From NCBI RefSeq assembly GCF_001194135.2, contig NC_068993.1:64806716-64870715 (forward strand): DNA of 64,000 bases, given 5' to 3'. The notes beneath the pieces are model-generated. The model was not told the origin of the DNA. It made no database searches and worked only from the letters and a program-made list of their open reading frames with translations. Source of the DNA: Octopus bimaculoides. Its lineage: Eukaryota. Made by a program: the position numbers and the translations under genes. Below, one piece after another: positions 42,389 to 54,501 of this stretch (within the stretch, counting starts at the first letter, position 1; every line of letters begins with the position of its first letter).

Positions 42389-42425
<37 letters not shown>
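40985..42425 (+). mobile_element. 5'-truncated RTE-type LINE with (GAT)n tail
   Basis: LVRAVQDMY..VHQG..SSLLFTIVLQAITEEFKTG..WELIYVDNL (degenerate YADD region); 3' end catccaaccca..agcatgg..agacgttaaa(gat)n. Many stops and frameshifts. Confidence 0.88.
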
Positions 42426-42516
42426 ATATTTTATGTGTGTGCCTATATATCTGCTTATGATTTTTTTATTTTATAATGTTCAATTTTTTAATACAATCCC
42501 ATTTTATATTTTCTAG

Positions 42517-42650
42517 AAATTCAAAGAAATCCAGCCACTGCGCCTGGGTCATAGCTTCTGATGGCCCTGATGTTGTGAAATTATCAATAATTTACTCCAA
42601 ACTATCAAAGAAAGAAGACTGTAGTGAAGAAAGTATAAGTGTTTATGATG
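42517..42650 (+). CDS. CUB gene exon B2
   Basis: ttatattttctag|A acceptor (a second in-frame AG at 42533-42534 is possible); GATG|gtaagt donor; 134 nt, phase 2-1. Translates NSKKSSHCAWVIASDGPDVVKLSIIYSKLSKKEDCSEESISVYD(G). Confidence 0.85.
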
Positions 42651-44159
42651 GTAAGTCATCAACTGAACAAGAAGCAAATCTTCTGTATAATTCTGGAGAT
42701 GGTTGACATCTCTAACAATGTCATCACATTCAAACATTTAAGGACATCAGCTACAAAATAAAAGGTTTCTGTCCACAGTGTCCTCTTGCCACAGCTAGAT
42801 ACGCTCAGTATCTTTTCTATGTCAGCTTAAATACCATAAAGACAAATTAATAGAGGTCAGTGGCAGGAATGTGCTACAAGACAATTCCAAAATCCTGTCC
42901 TTGTATACAGTGAACTGGCAAGAGTCATTGCAGCATTACAATAAATATCTTCTGATACTAATTTCACCTCCTGGTATTCCAAGTTCAGATTTCACTGTGC
43001 TCAACATTATTTTTCAACTTTATGGGGTTCAAAAAGTATTTGTCAAGACTGGTGTATTGTAGGATTATTTGAATGGAATGCTTTGTGGAATGGTATTCCA
43101 ATTCTTTGCCTTCTGAGCTCAAATCCTACGGCATCCTACTTGAATGCTACATTTAATCCACCTCCCAGTTGAGCATCAACTTTTGGTTCTCAAGTGACTC
43201 CATTGTTGCAATCATTCAGGTCAAGCCTCCTGTCTGAAGGTTCCTTTCCCTCCTGTCAGTTTCAAAGACTCTGAACATGGCCATTCACTCTATCCTTAAT
43301 CTGACTAAGCAATAAAAAAAAAATAATGATTTACCAAAATATTATATCATTGACAGTAGAGAAGAGGGTCTTGTTTAAAGGATTCACTTGATTGAGTTGT
43401 CTATAAATGAAGAATGTGTGAAGTAATGGGGTAACATCTAAATGGTCCCTTGTCATTTTAGAGAAAGTCAGATCCCCTTCAAATTGCACCTGACAGGGTG
43501 AATAATTGAAAGGTAGACTGGATAATGTGGTCCTACACTGCCCAAACAAAAATTCAATATGTCTGACCATGAATTAAAGACTTATGTCTCTTCTTTAGAC
43601 AAGCCAACATTGCAATCTCTCCATGATGGTTCAACCTGCTAGAAAGATCTTATAGTTGTAGTAAAGGACATGTTAGTTGACATAGTCTTGAGTTCTCAGC
43701 ATATATGAAAATGACTGGATGGTCATGGATGGAAAGCTTTTGATCATAGGCCTGCTTGATCTGACCTCATTTAAGACAAACCAATAACAACGAAGAAAAA
43801 GTTGGTTGGCTGTGAACAAAATTCTTGTTCAGAATACAAATGCTTAAAAATTTTCATAACTTGAAATAATGAATTTTGTTATGAATTTTTCTCAATACAA
43901 AACATAATTTTTACCAATTTTACCATCTTCATTATTTTAAAACAGTAAGGAATTTGTGTTTGTGACACATGGCAAAAGTTAAATCTCTGCAGATGTTAAC
44001 AAAAATACAAAATTTTAAAAAAAGGTGAAAATTTAAACATTTACCAGAACATACAAATGTGTGAGAAAAAAAATATATATATATGTACGTATACATGTAT
44101 GTATGTATGTATGTATGTATGTATGGGTGTATGTATGTATGTAAGTAAGTCTCTTCTAT

Positions 44160-44310
44160 TTTTTAATTATTATAAATTTTCCACTGAGGAGGGAGCCGGT
44201 TTCCAACAAAGATACAAGTCTCCATCTTTGGGATGAAGTTAACACAGACAAATTCACATTTGGAACTTGAGAAAAGTCTTGCATATTTTTACTGTTCCAC
44301 TCACAGATTG
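44160..44310 (+). repeat. About 150-bp microsatellite-linked repeat, copy 3
   Basis: Close match to 39743-39895; follows (TATG)n. Confidence 0.85.
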
Positions 44311-44496
44311 CACTTGTAATCTACGAATCAGCCAGTCAATGTATGTATGTATATATGTGTATGCATGCATGCATGCATGTATGTATGTACGTGTGTATGT
44401 ATGTGTGCATGTATGTATGTATGCATACAAGCATCCATATATGTATATCATTAAGGTTTTCTACTGTACAAAAATAAATATTTTTGCTCTTTTCAG

Positions 44497-44646
44497 GTGA
44501 TTTAGTACCAAACCGCTTTCTCGGAATGTCCTGTGGAGAGGCAAAACCATCATATACATCAACAGGGAAAAAGCTAATGGTTATATTCTCTTCAAAGAGC
44601 TCAAATGGAAGTCACGGCTTCTTAGGATCCTATTATTCTGTTCCAA
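44497..44646 (+). CDS. CUB gene exon C2
   Basis: gctcttttcag|GT acceptor; CCAA|gtaagt donor; 150 nt. Translates (G)DLVPNRFLGMSCGEAKPSYTSTGKKLMVIFSSKSSNGSHGFLGSYYSVP. Confidence 0.9.
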
Positions 44647-45382
44647 GTAAGTTTATATCGGCTTACTTTCTGCAATGATGGTCCTTGACTGTGAATCTAA
44701 TTACAAATGTTTATTATTTGACAATAAATATACTCTGAATCAAAGTACATCTGTACACTTGCATTTGTACACCTGCCTGCAGTTTTGTGGAGCCACAGTC
44801 AATAAAATGCAATTAACTAATTAAAAAAAATACATTATTACATTACTCTAAACATCAATGTGAGTAGCATTATTGACACTGGCATTTAGCTGTGCATTTT
44901 AGTTTGTCTGACACTAGTTGTGAATACAAGTAGTCAAATACGATGGTTTAATTTTGCCTCAAAGCATGTCTCACACTGGTGCTGCCAAGAAAGTGAGAAA
45001 TTGTGCTTATTTCGACTTCGGGTTATGGCTGATACTAAGGTTTAAATGTGTTTCAAATAGGTTTTACTCTGGGATTTATTAATGCCTCCAAGTATGCAAG
45101 ACATTAATGTGTATTTGTCCCTAAAAGTATGTAAGAGTGTATTTCTAGGTTGTTCATGTTTAGTTTCTTCAATAAGGGCACAAGTTTTTCATGGTTTACC
45201 ACCAAAAATGCACGTTTGGACTCACCAAATTTCATTCTAATGTCTTTAAAGAATTAGGCTATTTCATACAAACACACACACACAACATAAGCACACTCAT
45301 ACGAACTCATTCAGACACATGAACACAAACTTTCTCTCTCTTTCACTCTTTCTTTCTTTTTCTCTCTCTTTCTCTCCTGCTT

Positions 45383-45464
<82 letters not shown>

Positions 45465-46099
45465 CTACAAACATTCACATGCACAAACATATCCTGTCAC
45501 ATAGTTTTAAGTCAGTTCCTATGGAAACAATCAATTACAACTTCTGCTATGTCAGCAATGTTCATTTCTGATTGGTCAAGATTACATAAGTTTAGGGTCT
45601 TGTTACTTTCCCATTAATACTTTCTTGAGAAAATTAATGTGATCTTTGTCATCATCATGCAAATCTACTTAAGTTTAGAAAATTTGAGATAATTCTAGGG
45701 ACTGGAAAGAATTTAAAAAGCTTCAATCTCTATTGATAAAAGAGATTTTTTAACCAGTGTCCTGTAATAAGATCTGGGCTTTGGGATGTCCTGCGTAGCA
45801 ATTATTCATTACTCCTTCGAGCAGTGCACAGTTGATTTGATCAACACACCTGTGGCATCTCTCTTCAAACTCATGTTTCCTTTGATTGGGGTTTTTTCCC
45901 TCACTCTTTCTTTCTAACAGGCTCATTATTTTATTGTGACTGGAGTTTGCTCCCACAACTAATGGTGTTGTTGTTGTTGTTGCTGGATGTTCTGTGATGG
46001 TAAGTGTGGGAGAAGCAGATTGACTACTACTGCTGCTGCTGATGATGATGATGATGACCATCATTGACCTTGATGTTATAGCTGAATGTTGTCTGTTTG

Positions 46100-48950
46100 G
46101 TGGTGTTCCCATTCGTTGAGTGTAATGATTGACTTATTAGTTTGCATATAATTCCTTGTCTGTTTAGATCTTTTGCACTTAAGTTTAATTCTGGACGTTT
46201 GATGTACCACAGACTTTTCAGCCTTTGCGTAAATCCCGTGCTTTAGGCTCAGCTTCCAAGCATAATTCATATACTTGTTTATTTATTTCATAATCCTATA
46301 TTGTGCATATTGCCGTGATTACGATGAAGAAGACTAGTATGTTTAGCCATGAAGACTTGTGTCTTTTTACTTTCAATTTTCATTTAAAATTAAATAAGAT
46401 GCTGTTCTTCAAAAGTTCTGACACATTTCTGCTGATTTCATCAAGTGTCCAGTCTAATATCCCAAATGTTGGTACTAGCACAAGCACTGCAGCAGTATTA
46501 TGAAGTATGGTCTTATTGAATGCAAATAACTCCTGAGTTCCATATTTCCTGGAGTCTGCTGAAGTATTCTTTTGTTATTATGGCTTTACTCACAGCTTAT
46601 ACAATATTTTCATCAATATTGAGATATTAATAAAATATTCATCATTGAAGACAAGGGAGATAGACAAGCCATTGATGTTCATGCTGTCTGGTCAATAATC
46701 TCTCCTCAGTTGACTATCATGTGTGAGCATTCATTTTGACCAAACTCTGTTTCTTTTTTTCCTGTGAGAATGTTGTGACAAGTTTTAATTGTTTCTTGTT
46801 GTTCATGCTACCAGTAGGCCATTAACCAAAAATGTGTGGGTGAAATTAGTTTTATTCTTTTCTGCCCATCCTAATGTGAAGCCTTGGTACTTCCGCAACA
46901 ATACTGCCAGGGGCTGACAAGGGGTTTCACTCTAACAACATTAGAGATAAACTTGGAATGCTCCCATTGAATAGCATTTGTAACAGTATTGCTTTGGTTG
47001 TTAAGGATAACTGTGTTGTGGTCAATCTTTCAATAGCATTAACCATAGTAGCTGCTGCTTTGGGAAGATGTAGTGATTCTTGCATCTATGAACAAGGGAC
47101 AGTTAAATATTTCTCCGAGTGTAGCCATATTGTTAGACGGTTACAATGATAGTTCCTTAAGGTTAGCTTTGTTGATAAGATGCAGTTCAGCACAGCCCCA
47201 GACTCCCTTTTTCCTCCTGCCTGTTCATTGCTTATTATTCCATTTGTTTGGCAATGATCTTAAAGAAACACATTCAAACAACCTGTGTATACTTTGTCCG
47301 TAAGATTCAAGATGTTACGGGCCAGTAGTGTTTGACCACATGGGTCTCTCTCTCTTCATGGATTCAGATGTAATCTGTGCAACTGTCAACCAATTTAATT
47401 CAGTGTCCATTGTTTTTAACAGAGTTGTGAGAATTATTCTGGAGAGTGAGTTTTTTTCTACCAGTAGCATAATATCCGGTTTCTTCTAGGCGATTCTCCA
47501 TTTGAAAGTTTCATAATGACAGTTAAGAGTGTTTCACTGGTGTTGTTATACATTTTGGGAAAGGCATTTACACAATACCCACTTTGTAGGTTGTTTAACC
47601 ATGCTGTATCGCAAATGTGTTCTTTGTTTATATTCCACATTCCCCACCTCAGTGACTCTAGGTTCTCTTTGGGAGGATCATTTACTACCTTGATGGTATA
47701 CCTTGATGGTATACCTTGATGGTATACCTTGATGGTATACCTTGATGGTATAGCCTTTCATATTTCAATACACAGCATTTACAGGATAGGCTGGATTTCA
47801 GGCAACTTGCAGTTTATTGTTTTGCATCTATTGTAAATTTTTAACATAATGAAGCTTTTCACTTACTTTTCATAGGTTGTATTTGAGGACATTCTGTTTG
47901 CTTGTGAGTGTTTCTTGGTGGTAATTATCAAACAATTTGGAGAATCTATCATGCAGTCATAACTGGCAGTTCTTGAATTCACTTTTCACTTCCCATTTGA
48001 TGAGTTTCCACCTGTACAATTTATTTCCCAACTCTGTTGATGTTGTTTTAGAGCAAATATATCTATTTTTGCTCTGTATTATGTTTTGGATCATGTCTTT
48101 TATTCTCATCTTTTGGCTCACAGTTACTACTGCACAATATAGTAGAACACTTATTATCCAAAAACTGGGAATTTGAATTTTAGTTGCTCCCTCGCAATTT
48201 CCCCACTCATGGATAACATCAGATTGGTGAGGATTTTTCCTCAACACTTGTCAGGATCATTCTTTTATACAGTGCTTTATGCATGTAAATAGTGAAGTTC
48301 TGTTTAGAACTCTATGCAAGCTGCAATTTTAATTTTCGTATTCCTCACTTCTGTTTTCGGAGAATATGAGCAACTGCCGCTTGTCCATTTAATGGTGGTG
48401 CTTTGTCATTGCTGCCATGCTTGTCTTGATCTTACTTCTTGCCATTCACGTCTTGATCTTACTTCTTGCCATTCACAGTCGCTTCATGGACAAAGTTTAT
48501 TATGTTGTCAGTACAAGTATTATCATTTTGGATAAGTGATTACATTTGGTAAAGTGGTGCATTTCTTTTCAACAAATGAAGCTTCTTGGCATAATTGTCT
48601 CTCTGCAAACTTTGAGAATATTAAGCATTTTTTATCCCAATATTCTTTTAGTCTCTTCATGTAGCTTGTTGATGGATCTTCCCTGACCTTTCTATAGAAC
48701 TGGTATTGGTCTTGGTTCAGTTCGAAAAAGTCTACTGGAATTTCTCACGATAGATCCATGATCTGCAATAGCTGACTCCTGATACTTGTCTTGCTATGGT
48801 AATATGTAGTAGTAATTTGCCACATGGTATGTATTAACTTAATTTCGCTGTTCGATTACTGCTACGATCTTTTCTTCCAAAATGTTGTTTCGTTGCATTT
48901 ATTCAAAGGTAAATAGTATTCTTTATCTGAGAGAATATAAAGATCGCCTT
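46100..48950 (-). mobile_element. Degenerate R2-superfamily (R4/Dong-like) non-LTR element: N-terminal region plus RT
   Basis: N-terminal SYMKRLKEYWDKK..FAERQLCQEA (48560-48680). RT motifs HYWPVT, KVYTGCLNVFL*DHCQTNGISNEQAAG, WGCAELHLINKA and QLKLVTTFSQ..EFGQNEC. Many stops and frameshifts. Confidence 0.75.
47688..47752. repeat. 13-bp tandem repeat x5 (CCTTGATGGTATA)
   Basis: Five exact units read directly. Confidence 0.95.
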
Positions 48951-49154
48951 ACCATCATGCCTGTATTCAACGCCATGATATGTAGTATGTACGCATGCAT
49001 GTGTGTGTGTGTGTGTGTGTGTGCATACATACATGTATGTATATGTGCAGTTTTGTATGTTTGGTTTTATGTGTGTATTTTCCAGAGGTTTATTGATTAA
49101 GTATTAAGCATGTGTAGACATACTCATACTTAAACAATAAACTTCTGGAAAGTT

Positions 49155-49470
49155 TTACAGATTTTTACAATTCCAGTGATGTTTTTGAATTAGCTTTCTC
49201 CTTTCTGGTTTTCTGAAGCCTAATTTCTCTAGATTGGTATTTATGCAGTGTATTACATATCCCAGTACTCCAATAATTACAGGTATAAACCTGAACTTGT
49301 TATCTGGATAGAATAACTGCAGATTTCTCAATAGTTCAGAGTAGGTATTCTCTGTTTTGCTGATCTTTAGCTTTATGTTAACATCCGCTGGGCAGCTAAT
49401 TTCCACAACTCCGCACAGTTTCTCTTTTCTATCCCAAATCATTATATCAGGTCTATTGTGTTTGCATTTT
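49155..49470 (-). mobile_element. Restriction-like endonuclease (RLE) fragment of an R4/Dong-like element
   Basis: HNRPDIMIWDRKEKLCGVVEISCPADVNIKLKISKTENTYSEL..FIPVIIGVLG matches the RPD..E..CP..K..Y RLE motif. Confidence 0.85.
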
Positions 49471-49974
49471 ATTGTTGCATGTATGTATGTATGTGTGTAT
49501 GTATGCATGTATATGTGTGTGTGTGTGTGTGTGTATTTGCATGTATGTCTGCAAAGCAAGTGTACACCACCAGTCAACTTACCCACAATTTCACAAATTT
49601 TAACACCAAATATTGTAAATAATAACATGGTTACTTACTAACTAGAAATAAAAGAGTTGATCTGGGACTAAATAGCTACAACAACAATTTGGAATATATA
49701 TTTTTTTTTAGTTGTTTCAATCTATATGCTATAGCCATGCCAATGTAGTAGAAATGAGATGGAGTTATGTTATATTGGAAAGATATTGTTTCAATATAAA
49801 ATACTACAAGGTATATTATGAGGTCAATTCAGTAGATCTCTCTTTCAAAAATTACCTGAACTACAAAAGCTCAACATATTAGTTTGCAAAATGGATGACA
49901 ATTTCACAAATACATATATCTTTTATATTATCCTCAGAATCAGGCTATGATATGGCTTGACATTTGAAATACAG

Positions 49975-50096
49975 GTGCAACAATATCCACTGGGCCTTCC
50001 AAATGTTTCCATAAGCCTGGTTTCATTGACTCAACTCAAAGCAAATTGAAAATGACATTTGCTCATGATGCCATGCAAATGGATCAAATTTTGTGA
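49975..50096 (+). pseudogene. Candidate decayed or alternative CUB C-type exon
   Basis: tacag|GT start as in C1 and C2. Reads (G)ATISTGPSKCFHKPGFIDSTQSKLKMTFAHDAMQMDQIL*. The spacing C-x8-ST-x2-KL-x-M-x-F matches C2, and NGS follows in a shifted frame. Confidence 0.45.
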
Positions 50097-52493
50097 TTGG
50101 AAAGTGATCTCTTTAACCATTTGGCCATACTGGAATGATGTACACTAAATTGGCATCTAACTGTATTATTCGGTGAAACTGACAGCTTAGAGCAGTCGGT
50201 TGTTGGTGGTGCTCTTTCCTGCTATTGCTGTTATTTTTGTTGTTAATGTTACTGTTATATGGTGTGATGTGATACAATGGCAAAAAGATGTCATTTGAGA
50301 TATTAAGTTGTTGTTTCATATGGATGTGGTACATATTAAAAATATATCTGATAATAAAGTAAAACAGAATGTGCTATTGATTTTGATACATTGATAGAAA
50401 TAAAAGTATTACATTATATAAAATAGAGAAAAGGAAATAACTAATTTCATTAGATATATGAAACTAACACAGAAATATCTATCTATATCTATCTATNNNN
50501 NNNNNNNNNNNNNNNNNNNNNNNNNNNNNNNNNNNNNNNNNNNNNNNNNNNNNNNNNNNNNNNNNNNNNNNNNNNNNNNNNNNNNNNNNNNNNNNNNNNN
50601 NNNNNNNNNNNNNNNNNNNNNNNNNNNNNNNNNNNNNNNNNNNNNNNNNNNNNNNNNNNNNNNNNNNNNNNNNNNNNNNNNNNNNNNNNNNNNNAGAGAG
50701 AGAAAACGAAAGTGTGTAATGAACTAATATCTGATACAATATTATTCTTTGATGCAATATAATGACAGTGATGGTGTTTTGTGCAGTTATTGCACCAAAG
50801 CTAGCAAAGATGATTTGTACTTTGCTATTGCAAGCTGTAAGACTATATTACTGCTTTACAGGATGTTTGTCTGCACTATATGACTATTATAACACTAAAA
50901 ACTACCTAGAAAAGTAAAAGAAGAATTATGTTCAGCAATAAAAACAAATAAGAATGTTATTCTATGTACGCTGAACGTTTGACAAAATATTGGTTGATAA
51001 ATGTCACAAGCACCATTGATTTATATGACCTCTTAAACTCAAAGTTCAGATACTTATTTCTTTTGACTCTGCATAACGTGAAGAAATTATTATAATAAGA
51101 TTGACCAAAGACAGGAATTAGTTTTATGTGGATGTATGAATGAGAGAGAGTTAAATCATTCTAGTTTGTCATTATAACTGCTTGTGTTTGGAGGTAATAC
51201 ATACATTTATGCTTACATACATACACAATATATATATATATATATANNNNNNNNNNNNNNNNNNNNNNNNNNNNNNNNNNNNNNNNNNNNNNNNNNNNNN
51301 NNNNNNNNNNNNNNNNNNNNNNNNNNNNNNNNNNNNNNNNNNNNNNNNNNNNNNNNNNNNNNNNNNNNNNNNNNNNNNNNNNNNNNNNNNNNNNNNNNNN
51401 NNNNNNNNNNNNNNNNNNNNNNNNNNNNNNNNNNNNNNNNNNNNNNNNNNNNNNNNNNNNNNNNNNNNNNNNNNNNNNNNNNNNNNNNNNNNNNNNNNNN
51501 NNNNNNNNNNNNNNNNNNNNNNNNNNNNNNNNNNNNNNNNNNNNNNNNNNNNNNNNNNNNNNNNNNNNNNNNNNNNNNNNNNNNNNNNNNNNNNNNNNNN
51601 NNNNNNNNNNNNNNNNNNNNNNNNNNNNNNNNNNNNNNNNNNNNNNNNNNNNNNNNNNNNNNNNNNNNNNNNNNNNNNNNNNNNNNNNNNNNNNNNNNNN
51701 NNNNNNNNNNNNNNNNNNNNNNNNNNNNNNNNNNNNNNNNNNNNNNNNNNNNNNNNNNNNNNNNNNNNNNNNNNNNNNNNNNNNNNNNNNNNNNNNNNNN
51801 NNNNNNNNNNNNNNNNNNNNNNNNNNNNNNNNNNNNNNNNNNNNNNNNNNNNNNNNNNNNNNNNNNNNNNNNNNNNNNNNNNNNNNNNNNNNNNNNNNNN
51901 NNNNNNNNNNNNNNNNNNNNNNNNNNNNNNNNNNNNNNNNNNNNNNNNNNNNNNNNNNNNNNNNNNNNNNNNNNNNNNNNNNNNNNNNNNNNNNNNNNNN
52001 NNNNNNNNNNNNNNGGCTAGAGTTGAAGTGCTCAGCATGAGCTAGAATTCATCTTATAGTAAAAATAGATACATAAGGGTGGAAAATCACAGGAATAATA
52101 CCATATGTCCAACGCAAGATACAATATGTGTGTTCAATTCCTTCAAGAATCAATAAATGAATTTATAGTATTCAGTCTCTAAAGTGTCTAAAAGGTACGG
52201 TAAAAAGACAAGCAAATACAACAATAAAAACTTTAGAAATATGAATGTTCAAAATATTTATTAAAAAAAATATTTATAAATATGCATGATTTCTAAGTTG
52301 TATAAAAATATGACAATTAAAGTTAAAACATTACGATGTGTAAACGTACATTATGATATAACATATAATGGGTAAATATATATTTACCCATTCACTACAG
52401 CTGTTTCCAACAAATTATTAATTGATTAATGGAAACATTACAGCATTAGAAGAAACCGTTTTCATCAGCTAAATACATGAGCCACAACATTTC

Positions 52494-52604
52494 GAAACAT
52501 TCAAAAGCCAACGGCATGATTCTACAAGCCTTGCGTTTTTACGGCCTTGTAAAGGCTTGCATAGAATCATGAAGGTGCCTATGCCGTTGTTTTTTGAATG
52601 TTTC
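52494..52604. repeat. Imperfect hairpin of about 110 bp
   Basis: gaaacattcaaaa..caacggcatgattcta..caagcctt pairs with aaggcttg..tagaatcatg..atgccgttg..tttgaatgtttc. Confidence 0.75.
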
Positions 52605-53613
52605 TAAATATTCATTAACCATAAGTAGTATACCTGAAACAACCCCTGGTCTGGAGTAGGACTGGACCGGACAGTAAGAGGATACAATTGGTCAGTTAAT
52701 TTTCAAAAGCAAAAGGCTGGTCATAAGGAAACTGTTACTAACTGTAGTAAAAAGGTAAACAATGTGCGTATGCTATATGGGGCGCTAAAAGTCATTTATG
52801 TCAGTAGTTTTAGAAATGTAAACGTTGAATTGAACATTTAAGAGAATTCGTGGTACAGAGGAGGTAAATATGCAGTTATCAAGTAATTTCTATGCTTTAT
52901 GCATGTATTACACTAGCGGTTAAGAATGTATATAGCTTCTATTAAATTAAGTTAGGCGACATGCATAGAGAGGCGGGCTCTAAATAATTGATATCATTAT
53001 TATTACATATCTCAATAAACCTGTTGTAATATATATCTGTATATAAATACACAGGTATATATAGATATATACACACTCATACATACACACACACACATAT
53101 ATATATGTACTTTCCTATACAACTTTATGTATCTATATAAGTGTATATTCATATGTGAGTGAGTATTACTAATTCGTTACGGTAATTGCTCATTTTATAT
53201 ATCTATCCCACGCCCCTCCCCCCTTATATAGGAATGTATCACTTAATATTATTACTACCCTTTATTCTATACTCCGAATATCAGTCTTGTGTTTAACAAA
53301 CTACTTCATTAACACAATTTAATTTATTCACTTTGACTTTAACGTAGTCTTGCATCTCACCAAATATTTAGCCATACACTGACACACACACACATTATGT
53401 TGCACCTGTGTGCATAAGTATATTTTTCTGTTCATACTGATTCTTATACTATTGCACACTCTTAGAGACACATCCAATCATTAACTGCTGCACGGAATAC
53501 ATAAGCTTTCTGTTCACTGCTGCATTCATCCTGCACGGCACAAATACGTGATGCTGTTGCATGGCTTTCTGTGCACAGTTACTAGTACATTCTCTAACAG
53601 GAGGCGTAGATAG

Positions 53614-53688
<75 letters not shown>

Positions 53689-54470
53689 GAGGATGAGTCT
53701 CATCTAAGCAGACCATTTTCATGTTACAATCTACATCCACTGAATTGATCAAACAGTACAGTACTTCTGCTTCGTTGATCAGAACGATTCGTAAATACAG
53801 CATATTGTATCTGAAGATGGAACTTCAAACATGTCAACAAGACCATAAAGTGGGGCAGAAGTTGGATAATATCTCTGGCCACTCGAATGACCGCGTAAAG
53901 ACTGATGCTTTGTTCCGTTAACCTTCATTACTCCATATTTCTCCTATCTGCCAAGAACACAGAACTACATTCCAAATTGTATCATTTTCAAAGAAGGATT
54001 TGCTTTGAAATTTAACAGCCATCTCTACCAAGCTGAACCATCTCACAAAGGCTTGGTCTTTGGCATCTTATTCTGAGAGTTGTGAATAAGGATGAAACAT
54101 GAGAAGTGGAGCAAAGTGTACTGAGTTCAGTAATGTGTAAAAGATTTGGCTGATATAATTGGTCTGGTCAATCATCTGTCAGAAGTCTTTTAGAATATAC
54201 AATAGAAAGCAATAATCAATTCCGGTTTGACAGGATTAACTAAATCTAAGATATTGTTCTACATGAAAGTGAAGAATTATATCGAACGGCAGTCTTTTCA
54301 TATTTTCTTTCTTATCTTTTCGCTATTCTTTATTTTTTTATACATTTCCTTTTTCTTTTGAGGGTTGAATGGTAAAAAAAATAATAAATTGAATAATAGC
54401 GTTTTTGCAGGAACCTTCGTATGGAATATATTCAAACTCATTTTTAGTATAATAAAAGTCAAGATCGTGC

Positions 54471-54501
<31 letters not shown>

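Noticed and set aside
49540-49641. SKCTPPVNLPTISQILTPN as exon A3
   Set aside because: No phase-1 AG acceptor, no donor before the stop, and it is embedded in microsatellite.
53449-53920. Cys-containing short frames around the (CA)n tract
   Set aside because: No convincing motif in any frame; cannot be assigned without a search.
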